Assembly (NCBI GenBank): GCA_049521795.1
Contig: JBEKOM010000009.1
Coordinates: 16,346-80,345 of the forward strand
DNA length: 64,000 nucleotides
Direction of reading: 5' to 3'
DNA from: Candidatus Bathyarchaeia archaeon
Lineage (GTDB): Archaea > Thermoproteota > Bathyarchaeia > Bathyarchaeales > Bathycorpusculaceae
Shown: piece by piece, positions 28,786 to 38,025 of the stretch
Numbering within the stretch: position 1 is the first letter of the stretch
Layout of the letters: every line of letters starts with the position of its first letter
Notes under the pieces: generated by a model
Seen by the model: the letters and a program-made list of their open reading frames with translations, nothing else
The model's database searches: none
Told to the model about the DNA's origin: nothing
Translations under genes and position numbers: made by a program

Positions 28786-30054
28786 CTATTTTGGTTTCAT
28801 CCTGTCAATCGTGACATCGAGTATCTTCCTTGCAACTTCTCGCTTCTTGGCCAGCGGCACGTGCACTATGCTCTTCTTCTTGTCAATTATGAAAACCTCG
28901 TTCGTGTCGGCTGCGAAGCCAACTCCCTTCTTTCCCACATCGTTTACGACGATGATGTCTGTATTGGCTTCAAGTAGCCTCTTGTACGCGCTCTCAATCA
29001 GCCTCTTCTTGGGAAGCCTGTATTCAGCGCGGAACGCAACGAGAAAAGTCCGGGGACTTACCTTTTTCACGCTGTCTATGATCTTCGCAGTGGGCTTCAG
29101 CTTCAAATCAAGCGAACGCAACTCGTGCGACGAAACCTTGTACGAAAACGGTTTCTCAAGCGCCCAATCGGCAGCTGCAGCAACCGCTATAACCAGATCA
29201 TACTTCCTAGAATTCAGTTCAGAAACGACCGTCTCATGCATCTGCCGTGTGGACTCGACTCTGAGCACACGAGCTCTTGAAGGAGGAGCTTCTGTTCCTG
29301 AACCGTAGACGAGTGTCACCTCTGCTCCTCGGCTCAAGGCTTCCTCTGCTATTGCAACACCCATCTTTCCAGAGCTCTTGTTCGTGACGATGCGAACCGG
29401 GTCTATGTGCTCCAGGGTTGCGCCGGCCGTGATCAACACGTTAAGACCCGAATAATCCTGTCTTGCCGTGAGTCTGCGGATGACCGCGTCAACGATTTCT
29501 TCGGTTTTAGCGATCTTTGCCTTCCCCTCCTCGAATCTTGGACCTGCGAATTCTACTCCTAGAGCCTTGAGTTCGTTGATGTTGTTAGTCAATATCGGAT
29601 GGTTGTACATGGATTCATGCATTGCTGGAACAATGATTATTGGACAGTTTGAGCCGAAGGCCGTTGAGACGACGGATGTGACCGTGGTGTCATCAATCCC
29701 GCAGGCGATCTTGCTTATTGTATTTGCTGTAGCGGGTGCCACCAGAACAAGGTCGACCTTCAGGGAGTGTTCCCCGACCAAGGCTACGTGTTCAATTTTG
29801 CCAGTGAGCTCTGTTATCACCTCATTCCCCGTCGCCCATTCCATCAAGTAAGGGTGAACGATTTTCCTTGCCATCGGCGACATCACAGCGAACACTTCGG
29901 CGCCGTGTCGCATCATGGCACGTGCAATCTCTGGACTCTGAACAGCCGCGACGCTGCCGGTTACGCATAGAACTATACGCTTTGACCTCAGCTCACTGCC
30001 TTGAGTCCCAATAATGTGCTTTGACGGATGCGTTGACAAGACTGATCCCTCCAA
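28786..30054 (-). CDS. coaBC: Bifunctional phosphopantothenoylcysteine decarboxylase/ligase
   Basis: TGSVAA, APATANTISK, PAMHESM, ITAGAT-E-IDPVR, NKSSGKMG and AAAAD motifs. Confidence 0.96.
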   Translation of the reverse strand: MEGSVLSTHPSKHIIGTQGSELRSKRIVLCVTGSVAAVQSPEIARAMMRHGAEVFAVMSPMARKIVHPYLMEWATGNEVITELTGKIEHVALVGEHSLKVDLVLVAPATANTISKIACGIDDTTVTSVVSTAFGSNCPIIIVPAMHESMYNHPILTNNINELKALGVEFAGPRFEEGKAKIAKTEEIVDAVIRRLTARQDYSGLNVLITAGATLEHIDPVRIVTNKSSGKMGVAIAEEALSRGAEVTLVYGSGTEAPPSRARVLRVESTRQMHETVVSELNSRKYDLVIAVAAAADWALEKPFSYKVSSHELRSLDLKLKPTAKIIDSVKKVSPRTFLVAFRAEYRLPKKRLIESAYKRLLEANTDIIVVNDVGKKGVGFAADTNEVFIIDKKKSIVHVPLAKKREVARKILDVTIDRMKPK

Positions 30055-30055
30055 C

Positions 30056-31219
30056 CTACCCTCTTAATTGTTTGACTATCTTGTTTAAATCTTGCAGCAA
30101 ATCCTCAACGTGCCGCTCCTGAACGTGAGGCATTATGACGATTCGAATGTGGCGCGGAAAGAGAGAGATAGCCCATTTTCTAAGCCTCAATTCCTCAGCT
30201 ATCCTGCGGACATCGAACACGTCTGATGTCAACCCAACAACGTTCATCGTCGGCTCCATTGCCACGCTCAGCCCTTCAATCTTCGGAATGTCTTCCGCAA
30301 GCCTCAGCGTTAGCCGCATGCACTTTCCAACGATTTTCTGGTAACCTTCTCTTCCAAGGTGCTTCATCACGGTCCAGACAGCGATGGCTGAGGCGCCTGA
30401 ACGTGTTCCGGCAAGTGTCGCTTGTGCGGTTTCTCCGCCCGACAGGTAAGGGATGTCCCATGACACTTTCTTTCTAAGGTTTTCATCGCGGAACAATAAC
30501 CCGCCAGCCGGGATTGCGGCTAGACCCATCTTGTGCGGGTCAATTGTTATGGAAAGGACTCCGGGGACGGCGAAGTCAAAATTCTGCACCTTGTATCCTA
30601 GGTCTCTCAAAAACGGAAGCACGAACCCTCCGAATGCGGCGTCCACGTGCAAGTACAGGCTCTTTTCCAAGGCGAGCTCGGAGAGCTCGTCTATCGGGTC
30701 GACTGCGCCTAGCCCCGTAGAGCCGGCTATGCCCACGATCGCTATAGTTTTCTGATTTACTGCTTTCTTGACGGCTCCCATATCGACTTGGAACTTGTTG
30801 TTCAACCTCGCTTTGATGAGTTTCAAGCCTAGCAGGTCTGCGGCTTTGTCTAAGGAGCAGTGGGCTGATACAGGCACTATGACTTCACAGTCGGTTTTCT
30901 TGGCAAGCTTCTTGGCTGTCCACAGTGCGAGAACGTTTGCTTCCGTTCCCCCCGTAACTATGTGCCCTGATGCTTCTGGATTCGATAGAAGAGTGCCGAG
31001 CATGCCAATTGTTTCTCTTTCTATTTCTGCCACTGCAGGGAAAAGTCCAGAGTCCCCCAAGTTCTTCTCAAGAAAACGAGCGTACACTCTCCTGGCTAGT
31101 GGATGCGGACATGTGCACATTGAACCGATGATTCTTCCAGAATTGTACGTGAAATCTTCTTGCAACCTTGAATCGAGGTCTTCCATGAGTGTTTTTTGAG
31201 GCAAGCCTTTGGCATTCAT
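30056..31219 (-). CDS. mfnA: PLP-dependent L-aspartate/L-tyrosine decarboxylase (beta-alanine supply)
   Basis: GSMCT, NLGD, TGGTEAN, HVDAAFGG and IDPHKMG motifs; embedded in the CoA operon. Confidence 0.92.
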   Translation of the reverse strand: MNAKGLPQKTLMEDLDSRLQEDFTYNSGRIIGSMCTCPHPLARRVYARFLEKNLGDSGLFPAVAEIERETIGMLGTLLSNPEASGHIVTGGTEANVLALWTAKKLAKKTDCEVIVPVSAHCSLDKAADLLGLKLIKARLNNKFQVDMGAVKKAVNQKTIAIVGIAGSTGLGAVDPIDELSELALEKSLYLHVDAAFGGFVLPFLRDLGYKVQNFDFAVPGVLSITIDPHKMGLAAIPAGGLLFRDENLRKKVSWDIPYLSGGETAQATLAGTRSGASAIAVWTVMKHLGREGYQKIVGKCMRLTLRLAEDIPKIEGLSVAMEPTMNVVGLTSDVFDVRRIAEELRLRKWAISLFPRHIRIVIMPHVQERHVEDLLQDLNKIVKQLRG

Positions 31220-31240
31220 TCTTCGCGACCGCCATGTGCC

Positions 31241-32011
31241 CTAATGGTAAGTGTGTTCCTCGTCTGGGTATTTGCCCGTGGAGACTTCTTTGATGAACTT
31301 TGCCACGGCTTCCGTTATCGTCTCGTTCAGATTCGCATACAGCTTTACATATTTCGGTTTGAAGGCCTCGTTTAAACCGAGCACGTCATTTACAACCAAG
31401 ACCTGCCCGTCACAGTGTTTTCCGGCTCCGATGCCTATTGTGGGAACGGTTACGGATTCGGTTATCGTTTTTGCCAGACTTTCAGGAATGCATTCTAGCA
31501 CTATGGAAAACACGCCGAGTCTGTCCAGAGCCTGAGCGTCCTCCAAGATCTGTGCGGCTTCTTCAGGATTTTTTCCTTTAACGTGGTAAGCTTCTGCCAT
31601 TTGAGGGAGCATTCCGACGTGACCCATCACGGGAATTCCGCTGCTTATCATGGCTCTTATGGCATCTGTTTTCTTTCCTTCGATCTTGACTCCGTGCGCT
31701 CCTGCTTCGAGAAATCGTCTGGCGTTCTTTAGGCAGTCTTGTACGGCGTTGCAGCTGTTGATCGGCATGTCTCCGATTATCGGCTTGGATTTGACTCCTC
31801 TTGCCACTGCCTTCGTGTGAAAAATCATGTCTGCCATCGTCACGCTCTTGGTGTCGCTGTAACCCTGCACAACCATGCCTGAACTGTCGCCTACAAGAAT
31901 CAAATCGACGTCAGTGTGATCAAGTATCCTGCCCATCTGAAAGTCGTAGGCCGTCAGCATCGTGATTTTTTCTCTGCCTTTCTTTTGCTTAATCTTCTCT
32001 TGGAAATTCAC
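31241..32011 (-). CDS. panB: Ketopantoate hydroxymethyltransferase
   Basis: MLTAYD, LVGDS, GDMP, VKIEG, GHVG-PQ and TIGIGAG-CDGQVLV motifs. Confidence 0.96.
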   Translation of the reverse strand: MNFQEKIKQKKGREKITMLTAYDFQMGRILDHTDVDLILVGDSSGMVVQGYSDTKSVTMADMIFHTKAVARGVKSKPIIGDMPINSCNAVQDCLKNARRFLEAGAHGVKIEGKKTDAIRAMISSGIPVMGHVGMLPQMAEAYHVKGKNPEEAAQILEDAQALDRLGVFSIVLECIPESLAKTITESVTVPTIGIGAGKHCDGQVLVVNDVLGLNEAFKPKYVKLYANLNETITEAVAKFIKEVSTGKYPDEEHTYH

Positions 32012-32897
32012 GTTTTTCCTCCAGAAATTTTATGAGATGAACGAGGGTTTCGTTAACTGGTGTTAGGATATGGTGTCTTGCACCTAGCTCAACTATTCTT
32101 CCGTTGAGGAAGTCAATTTCCGTTCTTTTCCCCCTCATTATGTCTTGGCACATAGAAGAGTAATTTGCGTAGCTGATGATCTCTTTGCCTATTTCTTTTT
32201 CTAAATCCTTCGGAAAGGTTACGCCTTCAGCGTTTCCAACTTGGACGCATTCTCGGATAATCTGATGCCTGACCTCTGCTAGAGGCTGCGTGAAGATTTC
32301 GCGATTTCTAACGCGAAAGATTGCGGTCAGCGGGTTTATCACGCTGTTGAGGACGATCTTTCTCCAAGTCTCGTTGTTGATGTTCTTGGAAACGCGTGTT
32401 TCGAGACCGGAGTTATTCATCACGGCTGCGATTTCCTCCCCCACACCATCGCGTTCGATTGCAGTTTCACCTGTCCAATACTTTACTTCTCCTGCCTGGA
32501 AGAACTCTGCCGCCATGCTTGTTATTCCCCTCAAAACCTTAGCCTTGTGGCCCACAGCGCGTTTGACAATCTCTTCGTTTTCAAGACCATTCTGCAGAAC
32601 CAGAATGACCGTGTCCTTCCTGAGAAGTCTACTTATTCCTTCCACCGCCTTTTCCGAGTCGTAAGCCTTTGTGGTAAGGAAAATCAGAGTTCTCTGAGGT
32701 ATTTCTCGAATTTGCGCGTCAGCCTCCAAACGAAAAGTTTCATTAATGTTACTTGAGACTAGTAGACCCTTTGATCTTACGGCGTCTACGTGTGCCTCAT
32801 TTCCTATTAGAGTTACATCGTTCTTTTTTGACAGAAGAGCGCCGATGACACTTCCTATGGCGCCAGCGCCTAGGATGAAGATCTTGTTGAATGTCAC
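31989..32897 (-). CDS. panE: Ketopantoate reductase
   Basis: GAGAIG, TKAYD, LQNGL, W-K--N--INPLTA, SSMCQD and TEIDFLNG motifs. Confidence 0.94.
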   Translation of the reverse strand: MTFNKIFILGAGAIGSVIGALLSKKNDVTLIGNEAHVDAVRSKGLLVSSNINETFRLEADAQIREIPQRTLIFLTTKAYDSEKAVEGISRLLRKDTVILVLQNGLENEEIVKRAVGHKAKVLRGITSMAAEFFQAGEVKYWTGETAIERDGVGEEIAAVMNNSGLETRVSKNINNETWRKIVLNSVINPLTAIFRVRNREIFTQPLAEVRHQIIRECVQVGNAEGVTFPKDLEKEIGKEIISYANYSSMCQDIMRGKRTEIDFLNGRIVELGARHHILTPVNETLVHLIKFLEEKREFPRED

Positions 32898-33688
32898 ATT
32901 GCTCGCCCTCGCTCAGTAGCCCCTTCTGCTGCGAACTTCGAGAGATTTTCTCTGATCAATACCATGGATTTGGCAAGGTTTTTCCCGTTGTTAAAGTTTC
33001 TCAGGATTTCTCTGCAATTGCCCATTCCTTGATTTTTCAGCTTCTCAACAGTTTCGACAAGCGTCGGTATTGATCTCACGACGTTATCGACAATCGTGAT
33101 CGTCGCTTTTTGCGCTGTCCGAGAAAGAGGGTTCAAGTCTACTGCTATCACCTTTTTCCCAATCTTGACAAGAGCCTCCGTCCTATCTCCATCTTCCAAC
33201 GGCACCATAACCACGTCAGCCGCAAGTATCCCCCTCGGATCAACGCGCCGCCTCTCGCTGCTTAGCTCCGGAATTCTTGCAGACGCTTTTTTTCCTACGC
33301 CAAAGATTTCACGTGCGCCTGCTTTTTCAAGCAACTTCTTTATTGCAAGCTCCCTTGCGCGGGATCTGTAGAAGAGGTTGACTTCAATCTTCGAACCTGT
33401 AACGTTAGCGAGCTTCACAACTTCTTCAGCAACTAAAGCCGCAGTATTCCCGTTGACGGAGATAACGGGGTTTCTTGCTGTCAGAAACATGGCTGCTGCA
33501 GCTTCAATGGCTTCCAGAGCCGGTTTGCTGGTTTTTTCGCCCAGCAAGTAATCGAAGGCTTCTCCGCGTCCGTGCGCGATGAGGCCTGAAGCAGCGACAA
33601 TTCCTTCGAGATAACTGTTGATCAGCTTCTCCCGTGTGAATAGGGACTTTGCTCTAGGATGATCATCAGGGATTTTGGCATCAGTCAC
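32894..33688 (-). CDS. Phosphopantothenate synthetase (archaeal PPS)
   Basis: IP--HPR, AHGRGEAFDYLLGE, SVNGN, VPLEDGDR and DLNPLSRT motifs. Confidence 0.94.
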   Translation of the reverse strand: MTDAKIPDDHPRAKSLFTREKLINSYLEGIVAASGLIAHGRGEAFDYLLGEKTSKPALEAIEAAAAMFLTARNPVISVNGNTAALVAEEVVKLANVTGSKIEVNLFYRSRARELAIKKLLEKAGAREIFGVGKKASARIPELSSERRRVDPRGILAADVVMVPLEDGDRTEALVKIGKKVIAVDLNPLSRTAQKATITIVDNVVRSIPTLVETVEKLKNQGMGNCREILRNFNNGKNLAKSMVLIRENLSKFAAEGATERGRAM

Positions 33689-34596
33689 TGAAGTCGCGCT
33701 CCTTCATGATCCACCTTGCTCACGACTGTATGACCGCCTGAGCCATATTTACGGAAGACCTCAAGAATTCGCCCGAGCCTATCTTCGTCGGTTATCGTGA
33801 AAGCGCATTCTCCGAACATCGGCATGCTGCACACTACTCCTGCTTCGTCCGCCGCGTTCAAGATGTTTCTGACTTTCCCTGTTATCAGTCCAACATGTTC
33901 AGCGAACTGCCGAGATAGTCTCATGAAGTTGGTGATGGTTGGTGCTTTGACCAATTCGTCCACTAGTTCCCCGCCAAACCTGTTTATTCGCAAGCGAGTT
34001 TCCGGGTCGGTCAAATACTTTCTCGTGGAAAGGGGTCCGAAAACATGGCAGGCAACCACAGCGTTTTCTATGATCGGAAGGCACTTAATCTCCCCGATTC
34101 CAGGCGCTCCGGGTTTGACCCTGATTTCAAACCCGCCGAACGTTTCGGCTATGACTGTTCCAAGCCCAGTCCTGCATTCAATTTCAGCGATATGCGCAAT
34201 TTGGGCACACTGTGTTTTGGTCATGTCTAATCCAAGGGCTTCGTTCAAGGCAAGTCCAAGACTTAACGCGCCAGCTCCACTCGTCCCAAACCCCGCACCT
34301 ATAGGAGCCTCTACCTGATGCTCAACTGTAATCTCAAAGTGAGATGCCTCGCTCAACCGCGAAAGAAAAGCGCTGACAACACGCTCTGACAGCTCCGCAC
34401 AGTCTGTAGCTTGATGGTTGATGTTGACTCGCAAACGGTGCACGGGACGTTTTTCGACTTTAACGGCCGTCTTGACACCTAAAGCCAATGAAACGCCAGC
34501 ACCTTTGGAACCCGAGCATAAAATGTCTCCGGATTGATCAAATATCTGGAATATCCCCGTGATGTGGCATGGTGCAAACGCCGCAGCCTCTCCCAT
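33685..34596 (-). CDS. Pantoate kinase (GHMP family, archaeal PoK)
   Basis: AFAPCHITG, GSKGAG, PIGAGFGTSGAGAL, AHIAEI---TGLGTV and PGAPG motifs; ATG at 34596. Confidence 0.93.
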   Translation of the reverse strand: MGEAAAFAPCHITGIFQIFDQSGDILCSGSKGAGVSLALGVKTAVKVEKRPVHRLRVNINHQATDCAELSERVVSAFLSRLSEASHFEITVEHQVEAPIGAGFGTSGAGALSLGLALNEALGLDMTKTQCAQIAHIAEIECRTGLGTVIAETFGGFEIRVKPGAPGIGEIKCLPIIENAVVACHVFGPLSTRKYLTDPETRLRINRFGGELVDELVKAPTITNFMRLSRQFAEHVGLITGKVRNILNAADEAGVVCSMPMFGECAFTITDEDRLGRILEVFRKYGSGGHTVVSKVDHEGARLQ

Positions 34597-34655
34597 ATTC
34601 AACGCCCAGAGATCAAGTTTAATCAAATGGCTTCAAATAAAAATTCTGTATGGAT

Positions 34656-34675
34656 AGTTTAAACATGTATAAACT
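34656..34675. promoter_or_regulatory. 20-bp near-perfect palindrome upstream of the CoA operon (candidate operator or TATA region)
   Basis: AGTTTAAACATGTATAAACT matches its own reverse complement at 18 of 20 positions; about 60 nt upstream of the PoK start. Confidence 0.45.
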
Positions 34676-35061
34676 CACCATGGTTTTTGCTGAACCATGC
34701 TAAAGATTGCATTCAAACTCTGCATCGACCAGGCCGATGCTTCTCCTACGTCGTAGGCCACTCTCATCGTGAAACCTTCGTTTGAACTGTTGAAGAGCTT
34801 GCTTTCCAAGTCTATTTAGATCAGCGTGTTCTGAAAGGTCTTATGGCCTAGAAGCCTTTGAACATGCAGAATGTCTTTGGTCCTGTGGTATTTCGTTGTT
34901 CCTAAACAATGTCGGAACGTGATGAAGGTGATGTCTAACAGTCGTGGATTTGCAAGTTTCTTAGCCGTTGTCTTTCGTTTGTAAGATCGTTTGTAGCAGA
35001 AAGCTCTGCTGGGAAAGAAATCGTAAAGATTCTTTCCGAGTAGCGCCTGTTAAGATACGCT

Positions 35062-36396
35062 TCAAGGATTCGAGGTTTGAGCGTTTGTTTTTAATGGGCA
35101 GCCTGCTCCGCATATGTTTAGGCTTGGGCACTGGTAGCATTTGTCTGGGGCATATTTTCTTTCTCTAAGTTTCTTGCAGATTGGGTTTTGCCAGATTTTT
35201 TTCCAGTTGTCTTTGAGGATGTTGCCCAGTGGGGCTATCGAGTAGCTTTGGCAGGGAATCACGGTTCCGTCGGGTTCGATGGCCATGTTTATTCGGCAGG
35301 CACTGCAGCTCTTTATTCCCAACTCAAGCTGGAGTGGGTTCACTTCGCAGTATTGGGTGGGCGTGTACCACGTGAACTCCATACTCAGCTGTCTAGCCTT
35401 TTCCTTTATGCGGTTCAGAACAGGTTCTAACGATGTTTCTTCTAACGCGAAACTCTTGGCAACCTCAGGAGCCTTTCCCGAATAGATCAAGCTGTTGCAC
35501 GCAAACTGCTTAACTCCCAAACCGTGTAAAAACTCTATGGTCGCTTCCACATCTTTAACGTTATACTGGCTTAGCGTAGTGTTGCTAACCGTGTAAATCG
35601 GCGAAGCGAGAGCGTTCTTCAGGCCTTGAACAGTCTCGTTCCAGCTTCCATCAGCGCCGGTAATTTTATCATGCACTTTCGGATCGTGAGACTCAACAGT
35701 GATCTGAACATGATCTAAACCCGCATCAGTGAGCGATTGCAGGTACGCCTTGTCTTTCAGTTTTCGCCCATTGGTCACCAGACCGCTAACCAACTCCATC
35801 TTCCGCGTGTAGGCAATCAACGTGGCCAAATCATCCCTGAGAGTCGGTTCGCCACCCGTGAAAACCACTTGAGGAATACCAAGCGTGCGAAGCTTGTCAA
35901 TTCCTCTGAGCCATTCTTCAGTGGTCAGTTCGCTTGTTTGTCTTGGGCCTCCGGCATAACAGTGAATGCACTTGTTGTTGCAGCGATAAGTTAAGGCTAT
36001 GTCCATTCGGTAGGGTGCGCTCAATTCTTTCTGGAACGGCTCAATCTTATCAACGTTAAGATAGCTGACCGGACATATGTCGGGCGTCTTCGCAATAGAG
36101 TTTACTGCAAATAAGGTTTCCTTAATGTCTTTTCGGGCGGTTTCGGCGTCGACCTTGTAGCGCTTAAGAAGACTTTTGAGAGTTTGGTCTTCGTTTTCGC
36201 CTCTTATGAAGTCGTGCACGATTTCAGTAGCGGTCTTGTTGAGGAAGACGACCCGAGAAGCGTTTATGACTAGCACGCCCGATCCGTCCTTTTCAAGTCG
36301 CAAGTGCAGCCTCAAGCCGCGATAATCGCCCTCTTCGATCCTGAGATGATGCAACGATTCTCTTGGTTTTGCTCTTAGCCAATCAACTATTCCCAA
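35062..36396 (-). CDS. Radical SAM/SPASM protein with N-terminal PqqD/RRE-like domain
   Basis: CNNKCIHC, FTGGEPTLR and TNG motifs; SPASM Cys set CSAC...PDGTVIPC...CYQC-----CGAGCP; N-terminal LNKTATEI...LLKRYKVD...KDI pattern typical of the PqqD fold; GGAGGTG 8 nt before the TTG. Confidence 0.9.
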   Translation of the reverse strand: MGIVDWLRAKPRESLHHLRIEEGDYRGLRLHLRLEKDGSGVLVINASRVVFLNKTATEIVHDFIRGENEDQTLKSLLKRYKVDAETARKDIKETLFAVNSIAKTPDICPVSYLNVDKIEPFQKELSAPYRMDIALTYRCNNKCIHCYAGGPRQTSELTTEEWLRGIDKLRTLGIPQVVFTGGEPTLRDDLATLIAYTRKMELVSGLVTNGRKLKDKAYLQSLTDAGLDHVQITVESHDPKVHDKITGADGSWNETVQGLKNALASPIYTVSNTTLSQYNVKDVEATIEFLHGLGVKQFACNSLIYSGKAPEVAKSFALEETSLEPVLNRIKEKARQLSMEFTWYTPTQYCEVNPLQLELGIKSCSACRINMAIEPDGTVIPCQSYSIAPLGNILKDNWKKIWQNPICKKLRERKYAPDKCYQCPSLNICGAGCPLKTNAQTSNP

Positions 36397-38025
36397 CTAC
36401 CTTGCACCTCCACCCGCACAGGCACACGCGCAGCTCACACAAGCACACGCGCAAGCACAAGCATGACACGCGCAAACACAAGACGGCCTACCAGCAACTG
36501 ACCCCTCTTTAGGAGCGGTCTGGAACGGAATCAGCTTGTTGGCAAACTCCTGCATATTCTTCACCATGTTGTTTGACGTAGTCTGAAGACCCCGCACGAC
36601 GTTGTTGGCGAAATCCTGGCCAGGCAGCGGTGCCGTCTTAAGGGGAGCTGATGTTGGCGCGGTTTGCGAAGGGGGCTGTAAGGGGGTCTTTTGGCCAGAC
36701 GGAAAATGTGGACCGCTCCAGTACCACCACCACGCTGGGTTTGGATAAATAATTATTGTCGCCGGAAAAGCCGTCGTGAGGCGATCGTCAAACTTCTCAT
36801 CCGCCAAGAGCCAATCTAGGCTCTTGTCTAACGCATCGCCCTTGAGCTCGGGGGTCCCCGCCTGCGCAACCTGTGTCCACGCTTTATCAACAACCGACTT
36901 GTAATAATTCATAGTGTCCTCTCTGGAGTAGCCGCGCAACTTTTTGTTTACCATGTCTACAAGGCCTCGGTACGCGCGGGCAAGAGCCGTCTCGTCAAGA
37001 GTCCCATCCGGTTGAATGGCAGTTAGATAGTCGATCTCGTAGTACCGTGGCAATGAGACTGATTCGCCTTGTGGCTTTTCGAGTTTCTTGAGTTTGATAA
37101 GCGGGTCCGTTTCCACCACGGCAACCATACGCTTCAGGAGAAGACCGTACAGCATCATAGTGAGGACCCGAACTGGTTTTAGTCCCATGACAAGTCCAGC
37201 CTCCACGGCCGTTAGACTCCTGTTGGCGCCTAAGGCTTCGATAGAAATGCGGGGGTTCACATAAGCTGCCTTAGCGCGGGCGAAAATGTAAGCGACCACA
37301 AACAAAAGGACCACAATAACAGCGATAACTTCAGGTAATATGGTCAAAAAATCAGGCGGTTGGACCACATACTTTTCTGGGAAGGACACGCCAGAATCGA
37401 ACGTTTGGCTTGGTGGCCAAGCAGTCCTGTTCCAATAGACCGCTGTCCTGTTCTCATCTACGAAAACGTTGTCAAAGGGCAAGCCCTTTGGGTACCTCAC
37501 CTCACTAGTTTGTACGCCAGGCGGAAGAACAATTTCCACACGAAAATCCGCTATTGATCCAATGGCAGACGTAAAATTGCTTGGAAAGAACTGCACACCG
37601 TCATATCCAAGAGTGTTGTTATCCGGAGAAATCATGCCTTGAACAGTTGCATAAACAATGAACGTGATAGGCTGGTTGAGGACGACGGGTTTTTTCAGGG
37701 ACACCCGAATGCCGTAATAGTCACCAGCAGAAATATCCTGATATTGAAGCGATAAACCGGAAAGGTCCTCAACATAACTAACTTGGAAGCCTCCTTTGGG
37801 CATTCCAACGTCGAACAAGCCCTGCGGCGAACCCGAGAGATATGTAAACGTAATGTTGTACAGGAAGTTCACTGAGCTATCTGCGTTGATCCATACTTTC
37901 GTCCACTCCTGACTCACACTATATGTCATGCCCTGAGCCTCCACAAGAGGCACGAACGCCAAGAATAACATGCCCAAAACGGTCAGTAATACGCCTAAAC
38001 CAGCAAGCTTTTTGCCCGCTACCAT
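36397..38025 (-). CDS. Single-pass membrane protein (DUF2207-like ectodomain) with a Cys-rich (CA)n C-terminal tail
   Basis: Signal peptide, beta-rich ectodomain, TM VIAVIVVLLFVVAYIF, cytoplasmic domain, and tail SCVCACHACACACACVSCACACAGGGAR. Confidence 0.85.
   Translation of the reverse strand: MVAGKKLAGLGVLLTVLGMLFLAFVPLVEAQGMTYSVSQEWTKVWINADSSVNFLYNITFTYLSGSPQGLFDVGMPKGGFQVSYVEDLSGLSLQYQDISAGDYYGIRVSLKKPVVLNQPITFIVYATVQGMISPDNNTLGYDGVQFFPSNFTSAIGSIADFRVEIVLPPGVQTSEVRYPKGLPFDNVFVDENRTAVYWNRTAWPPSQTFDSGVSFPEKYVVQPPDFLTILPEVIAVIVVLLFVVAYIFARAKAAYVNPRISIEALGANRSLTAVEAGLVMGLKPVRVLTMMLYGLLLKRMVAVVETDPLIKLKKLEKPQGESVSLPRYYEIDYLTAIQPDGTLDETALARAYRGLVDMVNKKLRGYSREDTMNYYKSVVDKAWTQVAQAGTPELKGDALDKSLDWLLADEKFDDRLTTAFPATIIIYPNPAWWWYWSGPHFPSGQKTPLQPPSQTAPTSAPLKTAPLPGQDFANNVVRGLQTTSNNMVKNMQEFANKLIPFQTAPKEGSVAGRPSCVCACHACACACACVSCACACAGGGAR

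Noticed and set aside
36400-36480. (CA)n tail as a DNA microsatellite artefact
   Set aside because: The codons vary (TGT/TGC and GCT/GCG/GCC), so the repeat is maintained at the protein level. It is kept as a finding instead.
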